A DNA stretch of 64,000 bases from Lama glama (Eukaryota). Made by a program: the position numbers and the translations under genes. The notes under the pieces are model-generated. The model made no database searches. It was not told the origin of the DNA and saw only the letters and a list, made by a program, of their open reading frames with translations. This document shows positions 39,094 to 53,004 of the stretch, in pieces. The number at the start of each line of letters is the position of its first letter. The first letter of the stretch is position 1. Where the stretch lies: NCBI GenBank assembly GCA_028534125.1, contig CM052816.1:63428001-63492000 (forward strand), written 5' to 3'.

Positions 39094-41631
39094 TACTTCT
39101 GCAATGGTGGTATGAAGAGCTCCACAGATCCTCTCCTCACTGAAACAACCAGAAACTGATTTAAGTTATAAAGAGCAACTATGTATAGTCTCTGCAGAGT
39201 GTGTTTAAGGACGTACAGCAAATGGAGAAACGTTTATGCTAGAAATACTACTACACCTTGGAAAATCAGCAAGAATCCATGGTATCTGAGCCATGAATTC
39301 ACTCTTGCCCCACAGTGTGACAGAAGCTATACTCCAGGCAGAAGTAGCCACGAAGATGGGGCTTCCTCTCACCTCAGCTCCCAATTGATGGCTACAGTTT
39401 CTCCCCCAGGAGGGGCAGCCAGCATCTCTCACCCACCCCAGTAGCTGTATTCCAGACAAGCACGACCAAGAAGTCTGGGGCACTCTTCCCTAACCCAGGC
39501 ACCACTAGTGTGGCAGCAGCTCTACCCCAGGCACATCAGGAGAAGCACAGAGGCCTCAATCGTGCCCACCCCACTTGCTGAACCAGGAACAGTAACAGTT
39601 GGAGACTTCAATACTCCACTTTCAATAATGGACAGAACAACTAGGAAAAACAACAACGAAATACGTCTTAAACAACATTAAACACAAACTAGTCCTAACA
39701 CACATCCATTCAACAACAGTAGAATGCAAGCAACCTTTCTTCTCAAGCACACATGAAACATTCTCCAGGACAGACCATATGCTAAGCCACAAAACATACC
39801 TCAATACATTTTAAAAAGAACGAAATCATATAAATATGTTCTAAGATCACAATTAGTAACGGAAATACGGGAAATTCACTCACACTTCCAAATTTCAAAA
39901 CTTACTATAAAGCTACGGTAACCAAGATAGTGTTGGTACTGGCATAGGATAGATATACACATCAATGAAACAGATTTGAAAGTCCAGAAACAAACTCTTA
40001 CATTTAAAGTCGACTGATTTTCAACAAGGATACCAGGATAATTCAAAGGAGAAAGAATAATCTTCAACAGACGGTGCTGGAACCACTGGATATCCTCATG
40101 CAAAAGAAGAGTTGAACCTCTTCCTTATATGATACACAAAAATTAACTCTAAATGGATCATAGAGCTAAGCATGAAGAGGTAACACTATAAAACTCTTAG
40201 AAGAAAATCTAGGAGTAAATCTTCATGACCTTGGCCTAGGCAAAGCACTCTCTAATATGATACCAAAAGCACAAGCAACTGGAGTAAAAAAACAGATAAA
40301 TTCACTAAATTTAAAACTTTACCAAACAACATCAGCAGGAAAGTAAAGACAATCCACAGAATGGAAGAGAATATTTGCAATTCATATATCTGATAAGAGG
40401 CTTATATCCAAAATATATAAAGCACTTTTATAACTTGATAATAAAAAGACAAAGAATCTGATTAAAAGGCAAAGGATGAGAGGAGCCTTCTCAACCTGAT
40501 AAAGACTATGTGGAGAAAACCTACAGATAACACCATACTTTACGGTGAGAAACTCAAAGCTTTCCCACTAAGATCAGGTACAAAGTAAGGATGTTTCCTT
40601 CTCACTACTCCTTTTCAACATGGAACTGGAAGTCCTTGCAAACGTAATAAGAAAGAAAATAAAAGGTACACACATCAGGAAGGAAGACGTAAATCGTTGT
40701 TCAAAGATGACATGACAATATATGTAGAGTTCTTTAAAAAAATAAATCAACCAAAAACCTCCTGGAACTAACAGGCAATTTGTAGCAAGGCTGCAGGATA
40801 CAAGGTTAATACACAAAAGTCAACTGCTTTCCTACATACCTACAATGAAAAAGTGGAAGTGAAAATTTAAAAGCACAGTATTCTTTGCATTAGCATCCTC
40901 AAAAGTGAAACACTTAGTTATAAAAGTAACAAAAGGGATACAAGATCTACATAAGGAAAACTACAAAACACTGATGAACAAAATCAAAGAGCAACTAAAT
41001 AAACAGACATTTCATGTTTATGGATAGGAAGACTCAAAACTGTTAAGATGTCACTTCTCAACTTGATCTACAGATTCACTGCAATTTCAATCAAAATCCC
41101 AACAAGTTACCTTATGGATACAGATAATCTGATTCTAAGGTTTATATGGAGAAACTACAAAACTGGAATAGCCAACACAATGCTAAAGAATAATGAACTG
41201 GGAGGATCAACACTACTGACTTCAAGACTTACTATAAAGATAAAGTAATCAAGAAAATGATATTGGCAAAAGGACAGACAAATAGATCAATGGAACAGAT
41301 AAGAAAGCCCAGAAATAGACCCTCATTAATATAGTCAACTGACCTTTTGACAAAGAAGCAAAAGCAATACAACAGAGGAAAAACAGGCCATTTAACAAAT
41401 GGTTCAGGAAAAAAATGGATATCCATCTAAACAATGACTACACCCTTCACAAAAATTAACTCAAAATGGATCACAGACCTAAAATTTAAAACACAGAACT
41501 ATAAAACTCCTAGAAAATAATACAGAAGAGCAGTTTAGGGGTATAGCTCAGTGGTAGAGCACGTGCTTGGCATGCACAAGGTCCTGGGTTCAAACCCCAG
41601 TGCCTTCATCAAGGAGGAAATAAATAAATAA

Positions 41632-41667
<36 letters not shown>

Positions 41668-42690
41668 GGAGAGAGAAAGAGGAAAACCTAGATAAACTTG
41701 GGTACGGTGATGCCTTTTTAGATACAACACCAAAGGCACAATCCATGAAAGAAATAATTGATAAATGGGACTTCACTAAAATTAAAAACTGCTCTGCAAA
41801 AGACAGTATCAAGAGAATCAGAAGACAAAGACACAGACTGGGAGAAAATATTTGCAAAAGACATATCTGATAATGCACTATTATAGTGTACAAAGTATAT
41901 GAAGAACTCTCAAAACTCAACAGTAAGTAACAACCTGATCAAAAATTGGACCAAAGATCTTAACAGACACCTCATCAAAGAAGATACACAGATGTGAAAA
42001 TAAGCACTTGACTATACCTCAATTATAAAAATAATAAATAAGCACTTGAAAAGATAGTCCATATCATATGTCATCAGTGAAATGCAAATTAAAATAACAA
42101 AGATATACCACTACACACCTATTAGAGTGGCCAAATGCTAGCAAGGACATAGGGCAAGAGGAACTCTCAGGTGTTGCTGGTGGAAATGCAAAATGGTACA
42201 GCCACTTTGGAAGACTGGTGGTTTCTAAGAAAACTAAACATATTCTTACTATACAATCCAGCAATCGCATTCCTTGGTATTTACCCAAGGAGTTGAAAAC
42301 TTTATGACCACACAAAAACCTGCACACACAAGTTTATGGCAGCTTTATTCATACCTATCAACACTTAGAAGTAACCAAGATGTACTTTAGTAGGTGAATG
42401 GATAAATAAACTGTGATACATCCAGACAATGGATATTGAATATTGAACATTACTGTCAAATAGTATCAAAATTGAATACTAAGTATTATTCAATGCTAAA
42501 AAAGTGATCTATCAAGCCATGAAAAAGGACTGACAAAAAATGCAGAGTGACTGCTATTTGGGGTGATAAAATGTTCTAAAACTGATGTAGTAATGATTGC
42601 ACAACTCTGTGAATATACTAAAAACCATGGAATTGTACACTTTCAGTGGGTGAATTGTATGGTCTGTGCATTTTAGAAAAGCTGTTATTT
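39094..42690 (+). mobile_element. Composite of old LINE-1 pieces: 5'UTR-like, ORF2 fragments, a second nested L1 at about 40480-42520, and a 3'UTR
   Basis: GTTGGAGACTTCAATACTCCACTTTCA (endonuclease region), CAAAACTTACTATAAAGCTAC and other ORF2 blocks. ORF2 order restarts near 40480. Confidence 0.88.
41538..41678 (+). mobile_element. tRNA-derived SINE (Vic-1-like) with (TA)n(GA)n tail, inserted in L1
   Basis: GGGGTATAGCTCAGTGGTAGAGCAC...GGTTCAAACCCCAGT; L1 sequence resumes after the tail. Confidence 0.88.
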
Positions 42691-42924
42691 TCTTTTAAGT
42701 GCCCTGACTATATAAATGACAATTAGTGAGAAAGGGAAAAGTGACTGAAGAAATGAAAAATACATGGCTAGACTATCAACAACTGATGTTAATTCATAGC
42801 AAGAAAGAGCATTTGTTCAAGAAAGTAAAGCAAGATGAAAAAACATAAGATTTGACATAAGCCAAGAAGGTTCCAAAGGTGCTCTTGCCATTCAAATCCA
42901 CACTGCAACCATTTAGATTCATTT

Positions 42925-43110
42925 CAGTTTCTCAACAGAGGCTGTTGGCAGTTTGCACAGGAAAACTCTTCTCTGTCGCATGCGTTACAGGTTGTCCAGC
43001 ATCCCTGCATACAATGAGTAAATAACACTTCCAAGGGATTGTTTTGACTCCAAGATGCTTCCATGTATCTCCAAACATTGTCACATTAAAGACCCACCAG
43101 GGCTACTGAA
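42925..43110. mobile_element. MER20-like hAT MITE
   Basis: CAGTTTCTCAAC...CAGCATCCCTG...TCTCCAAACATTG resembles recalled MER20. Confidence 0.55.
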
Positions 43111-43930
43111 TCATTCCCTATGAGACTTCATGTAAAGATCAATCAAAGATTGATATCAAAGACTGATCTATTTTGGAATAAAATATACACAACAGAACAT
43201 ATATAATGAGAAGGAGAGGAGATACTTCCATGTTTTCTCTTCTCTACTCCTAAAATACCCCACCTACTCAAGAGTTTCAAAGGACCTACAAACTCCTGCT
43301 TGGTGATAGAACTCAAGTTTAAATCCTAAACCAATCAAGATTTTAAAATATTCTTAGTCTGTTTTGCAATTAGGGGAATATCTATAATGTCAAATAAAAA
43401 ATACTACATAAAATATATGTAATAAAGCTAAACAAATATAAAAATGCCTAAGAATAAAAGACAAGCAGGAAACATAAGACTATAAACAGTAGTTGTGTTA
43501 CCACAGTCCCAGAGGTTATGGGGATTCTAATGGTCTACACATTTTACCTTTATGATGAAAAAAACATACCTTTCTTAAAATGCCAAGAATTTTCACTTTA
43601 TATGTATTCTAAATTTCCATGGCAATATTTACTTGATTTCTCTTTCCTATTCCTAAAACATCCCAACCTCTCAAGAAATCATCATGTATTTCTCTTGTCA
43701 AGCACCTACCAAGAAATCAATACATTAAACATACAGACTTAAGTAGATAATGTGATCAATAACTGCAATCTGATCATAAAAGTTCAAGAGAGAAAGCTTA
43801 CAAACAGTTTTCAGTAGTAAGTGTTGATAAGCAATCATTCTGCCATATTATCTGGATTTGTGATGGGAATGTTTACCAAAAGACAATCTTCCTCAGTTAG
43901 GGGACTCTGAGTCTTATAACCGAACAGCAG

Positions 43931-43978
43931 TTTTAACTATTTAAATATTCATCTATTTAACTATTTAAATATTCATCT
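43931..43978. repeat. 24-bp tandem duplication (TTTAACTATTTAAATATTCATCT x2)
   Basis: Directly visible at 43932-43954 and 43956-43978. Confidence 0.9.
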
Positions 43979-46900
43979 CTAAAAGGCATTTAATGTTCTT
44001 ACTATTTGGTGCTTATAAGGACAAGAGTTTGAAATAGTTAACAATCTGAAAAAATGAAACCAACCTCAAATACTAACTTATTATTTACCTTCCTTTAAGC
44101 ATCACATATATATACTGTATACTTCCATCATACAAAAGGAGAATAAATTTGTATTTGTTATCAATAGTATCTTAATTTCACTTAATTTCATGTAAGATTC
44201 CACATCAACTTTTTTTTTTATACCAGATAACGACCTACTAGATCTACTATTTCTAAAGATGCAAAAATAAGTTGAGTAATCTGCAGTGCCACCTGATGGT
44301 TAAGAAGTAAGTAGGACATCCCAAATAGTAGGTTCCAAGTATCCTTTTCCCTCAAGAAAAATGGGCGAGGGACGTGGGGGCTGCAAGGGGCAACCCTGGA
44401 ATTCTCAATGACCACTTGACTAGGATAACCATCTGCAAGGTGGCAGGACAATCCTACAGCAAGGGTTTTCAGGGTTCAAGAAGTTACGGGAAAGAATACT
44501 GAGAAAAGATTCCTGGAGGAAAGAAATGAATGAGAGCCTAAAGATTAATGTAATACATGATGGTACTGAAAACATGAAAAAGAAAACTTCGCATTGAGGC
44601 AAAATATGACAACCGAAGAACTACCTTACAGCACTATCCCTACTTTTATAATTAAATACTGCATCGTTTAAAATACTCTTTATCAAACAAAAACATAAGA
44701 TGAACACATGAGTGTGTTCTGAGCTTTATACAACATAGATGACTGAATTTTTTAAAAAGTAATATTCATAAGCAATGTTTTAGAGTAAAGAAGATTGAGA
44801 AACTGTGGAACAAGAAAAGGCAGAATGATAAAAAGAGAGGGATGAAATCACCTAGTGAGAAAATGTGTAGCCCACATTTAAAAGAACAAATATTCAGAAA
44901 AAGCCAGATACAAGCCACTGAGAAAGCGACACTAACAACTTTAAAGCTCCAGTTTTCCTCCTGGAAAAATAGGTACTGGGCAAATAAAAATTTGAATGGT
45001 GCAATGTATGAGCAATATAGTATTTACCATGTATTACTGGAACATTTCCTACAGAGGGATGAGAGGAAGATGTCATTCTTTGAAAGATAGCTAAATTCCT
45101 GCAAGTCAATCATGATCTATAGCCCAAATCTACAAAAAGAAGAACAGGAGGCAGAAAACATGTTCCTGGGGAATTATGAATAGGAAATATTACAAAATTG
45201 CTAAACTGCCTGGAGTCAAAAGCAAACTAGAGAAAGTAAATGTGTCAAAGACAAGAAAGAAATGAAATTCTGTGGAGACCAGAGGAAGAGTCCAAACATA
45301 ATCAAAACAGAAAAGTTCTATCAGAAAACTTAAAGGGATACATTATTACTTTGAGAAAACAAAATCTTAAAACAAAGCAGCCTGCCAAAATAAATAAACC
45401 TGAATCTGACCAAGTTTCTAAACAGCTCTCCCAGTGTAGTTAGAGGGGAAGCAGGCAGAGGTTAAGATGAAATAAGACTGACCATGAGCTGGTAATTGTT
45501 AAACCTGTGTGGTGAGGAGATAAGGGTCATGATACAATTCTGTCTACTCGGTGTATGTTTTTTAGAATGGCAGCTAATGGACCACAATATAGAAATTACT
45601 CAAGTTGCTGCTCACTGCCGACTGCCCACCACCTCTGGGAATCTTCAACTGCACTAGACAGTAAAGGCTCCCTCCTCCGCACAACTGTTCCACACATCAC
45701 ATACTCCTATTATTACATCTATTTCCTTGTTTACTTGAGTCTCTTCTACAAAATCACAAGTTGCTTAAAGGCAGGAACGTGTCTTAGTCATCTCTATATG
45801 CCAGTACCTAGTACGGTGTCAGGGATATAGCAAATGCTCAGTAAACGTCTGATGAACTGAACAGAGCAATAATGTGATTATGACTTCTAAGAGTGGAAAG
45901 CAGACTTTTAGAAAAGGTGAAAAAGAGGTCAAAGACACAACAATCTTTTTGGAAGTAAAGGAATTTATATCACAGTAAAGAGAGAAATACCTATAAAAGA
46001 TACTACAGACGTAAACAAGAGGCTGAAGTAACTGAAAAAAAAAGAATGAATAAATGAATGAACAGTTCACACAGTATCTTCGACTACTTTGAAATGGGGC
46101 ATATTGGGACAACCAAATTTAACAATGCTTTTCACTGGAATATCTAATACCCTTCATTCTAATCCTGAACTCTCAATCACTTGGCTAATCCTTAGACACA
46201 TCATTCATTCACTCGTTCATTCATTCAAATATTTATGAACACCTATAAATACCAGACATTATTCTAGGCACTTCAGAAACATAATGAACTAAGACAAAAA
46301 AATTCCTGCCCTTATGGAGAGTATATTCTAGTAGGTGGAGACAGAGAAATAATTGTGTAAATTACATAGTATGTAAGAAGGCAGGATACAGTGCCAGGAG
46401 CCAGCTGTGAGAGAAGTCCTATCCAATAAACCTGAATATTTGTGTATCACTAGAAGTTTTTAGTAAAATGTCACCGGTAGTCTCCAATAAGTCTTTGGCC
46501 TGTTTGGTATACATCAGAGTTCCCCATGACTTCACAATACTAATAGGGAATGTTAAGGAGCTTACTCTAAACTACAGTGACCCCCATCAAGGTGGTGCCA
46601 GCAGTGAGGCCCCAACAAGTGTCACCACCATCCTCTTTGACATCTGTTTAGCTGAAAGAAAAAAAAAAATACACACCTGTATAAAAACTACTAAAGAGGA
46701 GCAATTATGCTTATTGGTTTTAAAGTTCCTTCTCTGATGTTAAAGAAATAGGAAGGAAAAGCTGTAAGCTTGATTTTGAGCAAGATACTCTTTACCAGAT
46801 GGAAGTAATAGCATAGACTATAACTGATCAAATTTTAATCAAAACCTTTTGCTAACTGTTAAGGAATCATCAGTCCTCTCCAAATATAAGCATCTCTGAT

Positions 46901-47873
46901 CAGTAGTTTCCAATAACTGGTCCAAGATATCATGTAACTTGTCTTAGAAGAATCTCATTCTTTTTGTGAGAGTTTAGCCTAAGGAGTCACTGCATTTATA
47001 CACATTCATGCATTAAAATATGTATAAGCTGTATGCCCAGCAGTGCCCTCAAAATCAGGAACTGTTTCACATTTTATCACTAAACTCATGCTTTGAATCA
47101 TTAAAATAATTTTCTATCACCTTGGAGCCATCCGTGTCAGCTCTCTAAACAGTAAGTTTATCTAATTTAAGCATCTTGCTCTACTGATTAAGAAACTGTG
47201 TCCCAAAAAGGTTAAAGGGATAAATTGTGACTTCTCGAGGGTCACAGGCTCATTAGTGACATTTCTGGGAACCTGGAATTCAAGTCTCTTATCCCAACCC
47301 AATACTCTCTATTGACCACCACATTGTTCCTTTTGATAACAGTGCTGTCCACTGACACCAAATGAAATTAACTTATTTTTGCTTTCGTCTTTAGACATGA
47401 GAAGCAAAATACCAAGACTACAGCTTATCTTCCTGATAAATTTTACTACAGCAAAATTGGGCTTTGAGGGATTTGGGGAGTCATCAAAATAGAGATAGCA
47501 GTTGAAGTCATCAGGGATGAAACCCTTCAAGGAGAGAAGGCAGAGGCAGAAGAGAACAGAAGATAATACCCCAGAGTGAAATGAGCATCTACAGTGGTCA
47601 GAAAAAAGAGAAAAGTAAACCAAGGAAAGACCGACCAACACACAGAAGGAACATAAGGAGACTATTGTGTCAAGAAAATTTCAAGGAGGGCAACTAGTTA
47701 AAATGACAAATGATAAAAAAAATTCCTTAACACTTCAGAATAAAGAGATCAATGGTGACCTTCACCTTGTCAACTTCAGTGACAGCAGTGGATTCCCAGA
47801 CTTTAACATATTTGGGGGAAAAAAACAAGAAGGTGGAGAAAATGAATACAAATAACTTTTTCAAGAAATTTAA

Positions 47874-47959
47874 GGGATATAGCTCAGGAGTCCAGTGTGC
47901 TTAGCATGCACAAAGTCCTGGGTTCAATACTCAGTACCTCCATTTAAAAAAAGAAACAA
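47874..47959 (+). mobile_element. tRNA-derived SINE (Vic-1-like)
   Basis: TATAGCTCAG...GGTTCAATACTCAGTACCTCCA. TSD AAGAAAYTTAAGGG at 47863-47876 and 47960-47973. Confidence 0.85.
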
Positions 47960-48089
47960 AAGAAACTTAAGGGAAATAACAACAGATAAAACTGAAGAGA
48001 AATCTAGAATGAAAACAGTGTATTTAAGATGAATGCATTTAAATCCTGATAAGTTAATACCAGTTGAGAGTAAAAATGGAATAGCCAAG

Positions 48090-48463
48090 TGTGATGGACT
48101 GAACTACAATTCATATGTTGGAACCCTAACCCTCAGTATCTCCAGTCCTGAAGATAAAAATGTTTGAAGATGTGGCTAAGTTAAAATGAGGCCATCAGAG
48201 TGTCCCCTCATCCAACACAATTGGTGTTCTAATAAGAAAAAGAAACATCAGAGGTTCTAGTGTACAAAAGTACGACCATGTGAAGAGGTAGAAAGAGGGT
48301 GGTCACCTGTAACTTAAGGAGAGAAGCCTCCGAGGAAACCAATTCTGCCCTAATCTTGGTCTTGGACTTCCAGCCTCCTGAATTGCAAGAAGGTAAATTT
48401 CTGTTGTTTATCAAGTCATCTAGTCTCTGCTATTTTGTATGGCAGCCCAAGCAAACTAATACA
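48090..48463 (+). mobile_element. MLT1 (ERVL-MaLR) solo LTR
   Basis: TGTGATGGACTGAA...TTGGACTTCCAGCCTCC...ATGGCAGCCCAAGCAAACTAATACA. Confidence 0.85.
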
Positions 48464-50009
48464 CTGACGAAACACTGTCCTTGAGGAGAAGAAAACTTGG
48501 AGCATAATGAGAGATGAACAGATAGAGGCAGACATGTACGCAGGTGAAAGAGGGCAAACAGCAGTGAAGGTCCCACCACATATGGCAACATTATCCAGGA
48601 AAGAGTAAGGAAAGAAGGAGGTGGTGGGTTAATAACGACCATGGGACACACAGGATTATTGGGTTGCCTTCCCATTAGTCAATAAACGTTTGTTGTTGAA
48701 TGAATACAGAACTGTCATCCATGAATGCTGCATGAAGTGGGTTTTGCCATTCCCTAAAACACTCTGAAATTAACTGACAGTCCCCATTTGGTGCAGATAG
48801 GAAAAGAAAGGAATTGACATCAGTAACACTAAATTAAGAGAAGCCTAAGATTAAATACAAACACACACGCATAAAAATATAAGGTTAAAATCTATCTAAT
48901 CAAACATAGCGCTCTCAAGGTACGAACATTTCTGAAAAAACACATGTATATATCTGGAAATATCTTCAGTATACTTTAACTGCCACATGTTTACAAGGGT
49001 TATTTTGCATCCTGGTTTGATCCTGAATGCAAACACACTATGCCACAAAACCTAAAGATTTTTATATTAATTTCCAAGTAATCTTCAACTACCTGTTTAG
49101 AACTACCAATCGTATTACCACACTAAATTTATGTTGAGAATTTTCTTCTGCTTTAGGAAGTGTAACTAGGGCAGGCAGCCCAGCTGCCCTGGGGCTATAA
49201 TACACTGCCACAAACTACTGCTATAATTAAACTGTTCCTACTATTCCCTGTACCCGGGGTTACAGGAGGGAAAAAATTCCACAATCCTATCACAACCAAC
49301 ACGGAGACATTTTCATTCTAATTTCACGGAAATCTTCCTCAGTGATGAAAGATTTAAGAAAAGGTGTCATGAAATGGATGACTTACATCGTAGAGTCACT
49401 CTGCCTTTAACCTGAAGCCTCTGTACTGAATAGAGAAGTATGAAATAATGTGACAGTGAAGGAATGAACTCCCTATCGAAACAAAAAAGAAAAACATTAT
49501 GGCTGTAAACTGCTCTTCCTCACTCCCTTCTGAAGAAGAATCAAATCTCAAGGGCACTACCGAACTAAAAACTGAGCTCTTTAAATGGGGTGGGGAGGAG
49601 GGATGTCAATTGCAATCTTGGCACCAGGAGGCAATCTACCAGTCCTACCTATTTAGTCAAGTCACTTTGAAATACTTCCCTCGTTCACCACTATGTCATG
49701 AAAAGATTAAAAAAAAATGACAAATGCAACGGGCCTCAAAATAGTTTTGCTGAATCACAAATACCCTCAAATATACAGCTGCAGAAGTCGCTGGGCTTGA
49801 GCACTGGCGGCCATACCTTAGCGAGTAGGTCCTCTGAAAAACATGTTAACTTCCTTCATTTGTTCATTAACGGCAAGCAAGGGTCTAAAGGTTATTTAAA
49901 GCACTCATAATATTGCTATTAGTAGCAATGTCGTGTGTACAATAACAATACACTAAGGATGAGCACGTTCTCTGAAAATTGGCACCACCTATCCCCCAAG
50001 GGCATATGC

Positions 50010-50750
50010 ACCACCCCGGCCCGCAATCGGAGCCACAATGAGCACCCTACGTCCTCCTCATCTTGGCACCCAGCCCCTGCCTCCCCGCACCCTGCTTCCT
50101 ACGTGACCATGCTTTCCGTTCCCGAGCTGACTGGGACAGCCCCGAGCTCCCAGGGGTTCTTAGGGTAATGGAGAGGCAAGCCTGCAGGCCGCCCTCGCCG
50201 CGCTACTGCTATCCCTGGCCTCCGGGTAGCCCCACGTTCTTCCCTCGCCTCTCCGGTCTCCGCTGCCCAGCCCACTGCTCCCTTCCTCTCGCGCGCGCAC
50301 TGTGGCCCTCAGGCCAGGGCCTCACCGTTTGGTTCGGTCCGCAAAGGCCCGGCTCTCCCGCTTCCACGCCCCGACACGAAGTGGCGTCGGTTATCCGGCG
50401 CCCCACGCTTCCAGTCCACACGCCGCCGCCTACTGATGCCGAAAGCGGCTTCTAGGAACGCGCCATGTTCAGCGTCGCGGCTCCAAACGACGCGGACGCA
50501 CGAATACTGCGTCACGGACACCCAGAGCGCGTGGACTCGGCAAAGGAAGAAGGCGATAGGAGAACAACGGAAGAGGCGGGAGGAGCTTTCTCTTCGAAAC
50601 CAAAGGCGCCGGGTGGCTAAGGCAGCTCTGTACGCTTGCGCAGTATAGAGAGCAGGGAGTCGACGCTACGCGGTCTGTAACCATGGAAACCATAGGTCCG
50701 CTCAGCCTCAACTGTGGGAAAATCAACTGTCTCCTGCGTTGATCGAAGCT
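50010..50750 (-). promoter_or_regulatory. IPO11: CpG-island promoter of IPO11
   Basis: Sharp CpG/GC enrichment. YY1-like CGCCATGTT (50461-50469), ETS CGGAAG (about 50568), NRF1-like GCTTGCGCA (50634-50642), RFX X-box GTAACCATGGAAAC (50677-50690). Confidence 0.88.
50326..50500 (-). other. IPO11: IPO11 non-coding exon 1; 5' end approximate
   Basis: Best minus-strand donor in the island is ACG|GTGAGG at 50325. The TSS cannot be determined from sequence. Confidence 0.75.
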
Positions 50751-51044
50751 TAGATCAGAACCATTTTCCCTTTCTTATTCTAGATATCAGCTAACAAACT
50801 GCACTGCTTTACGAATCGTCTCGGTAGAGAAGAATTTTTAAATAATCCTATTTTTATCAGTCAACCCTCCCACGAATAACTTATTTTGCTGGGAGGTCTA
50901 GTCCAGAATGATAGCAAGGGTGGAAAGATTGAAAAGAAATAAATCCACTTTTCTCTGCCTCTGCTAATAGCTAGCTTAGTGATCTAAGTGTTCTTATCTT
51001 TAGGGAAAAAAGTTGTAAGCAAATAGTTGAGTGTTCATAAGATG

Positions 51045-51265
51045 AATAAAAATAATAGATAACATTCATTAAGCATTTAGAACCTGCCAGATACTGTTCT
51101 AAGGTCTTGACATGAATCATGTATTTTAATCCTCAAAACAACCATATGAGGTGCTTTTTGTTATGCCCATTTTGCAGATGAAGAAATTAATGCACAGAGT
51201 GGTCAAGAAACCTGCCTAAATTCACACAGCTACTAAGCAGCAGTTAGGTTTTGAACCAGACAATC
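51045..51265 (-). mobile_element. MIR SINE
   Basis: TTTAATCCTCAAAACAACC...CCCATTTTGCAGATGAAGAAA core. Confidence 0.75.
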
Positions 51266-52579
51266 ATAAGCCCTGCATTACAAGGATGTTCATCCCACAA
51301 GAGCTGTTTTTAAAAGTAAAAACATAAAAATCACCTAAACGACCACCAAGAAAGGAATGACGAAAACATGATACATGCATATATAATAAAATACAAATTG
51401 GCCATTAAGAATTATGTTGACATGTTAACACGTTCACAATGACCCAGGAAAAGAGTGGGTTACAAAACAATATGCTCCATGTGGTTCCATTTTTGGAAAT
51501 AAATATATGTCAGATGTTAACAGGGTTTGTTGTCTGGTATTGTGGGCATGTTTTATTTTCTAATTTATTTTGCTTAATTGTATCTTTTATAATTTTACTG
51601 AAAGGTAATACTTCTCAAATTTTAAACATGCAAAGAATCACGTGGCAATCTTGTTAAAATGTAAATGCTGATTCAGTTGGTCTCAGGTGGGACCTGAGAT
51701 TCTTCATTTCTAATGAGTTTCCAGTTAATGCTGCTCATCCATAGATCACACTTTGTATAATAAGGCATGAGGAATATGCAATCAAGTGAAAAAATTACCT
51801 AATTTTAATTAAAATTTTAAAATTGATTTAGAAGGATCTTTTCTATTTGGAATAATGGATTTTTTGGATATCAAAGGAAAGCTGTAACTTAGAAAAACAC
51901 ACATACACAAATTCTGCCTACAATTTTAGGACACCAAATTAAGATGCACTTGGAGGTCCTAGCTTCAGCTACTATGAACGTAAAATCTAGTAATATACTT
52001 TTTATAATGCAAATGTGTACATCTGTATAAATAATCTCATATTTATTTTGTTATGTCAGCTGCATTTTGTTGCTATATTCTCATATTCTCAAGTTTTTTT
52101 GGAGACAAGACAAATACTAAATTAATTTAAATTAAATCATCATTAGGTCTGTTCAGAATATTTAAAATATAAACATAAACTCAGTGCTGTCCCCAAAAAA
52201 CGATTGAAAAGTAAAAAGAGAAAGCAGAAAGTTGAAGAAGCAAATGCTATAATTAAAGAAAAATTAGCTTCCCTCACCCGTCTCCAGTAATTTCCAAGAA
52301 ACAGGTAAATAACATGCAACTCCTTTGTTTCCGTAATTATATTATGATAACTAATTTCTTCTATGTATCTCCTATGTGCCAGCTACCTTTCTAAGTGTTT
52401 TTAAGTGCCAGGCATTGAGCAGTAAACATTTCCTATAATTTAATTTATTAACCCTCATCACCACCCTATATGGGGTGTATTCTTTCCCTCATTTTACTGA
52501 TTAGAAGATGATGCTCATATGAATTAAATAATTTCAGATTCTTAAATAGAGGAGCAGATTCAAGTTTAAACATATGGTT

Positions 52580-53004
52580 TGTAATAGGTAGAATAAAAGA
52601 TAAACACATCCCAATCCCCAAAACCTGTGAATATATTACCTGTCATGACAGAAGGAACTTTGATTATACAATTAAATTAAGGATCTTGAGACAGGAAGAT
52701 TATTTTGTGGGCCCAATGTATTCACAAGGGTCTTCATAAGAGGGAGACAGGAATGTCTAAGAGAGAGAAGATGTGACCAAGGAAGTAAGGTCAGAGTGAC
52801 ATGGGACCATAAGTCAAGGAGTGCAGGCAGCCTAGGGAAACTGGAAAAGTCAAGGGAATGAATTCTTTCCTACGGTCTCTGGAAGAAACTCAGTCCTGCA
52901 GATGATTTTAGACTTCTGACATTCAGAACTCCAAGTTAATAAATTTGTGTTGTTTTAAGCTATTGACTGTGGTAATTTTTTACAGCAGCAATATAAAACT
53001 AATA
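52580..53004 (+). mobile_element. MLT1D-like LTR
   Basis: ATCCCCAAAACCTGTGAATAT...AAGGATCTTGAG...TTTGTGTTGTTTTAAGC...ACAGCAGCAAT. Confidence 0.82.

Noticed and set aside
37980..44350. GTATCCTT U12-type donor look-alikes near 37982 and 44339
   Set aside because: They are on the strand opposite IPO11 and have no associated exon.
50681..50691. CCATGGAAACC identical to the IPO11 start context at 32662-32672
   Set aside because: Only 11 nt with no flanking similarity; explained by the X-box.
50063..50726. Overlapping ORFs of 70-130 aa in the IPO11 CpG island
   Set aside because: Typical stop-poor GC-rich artefacts with non-ATG starts in most cases.
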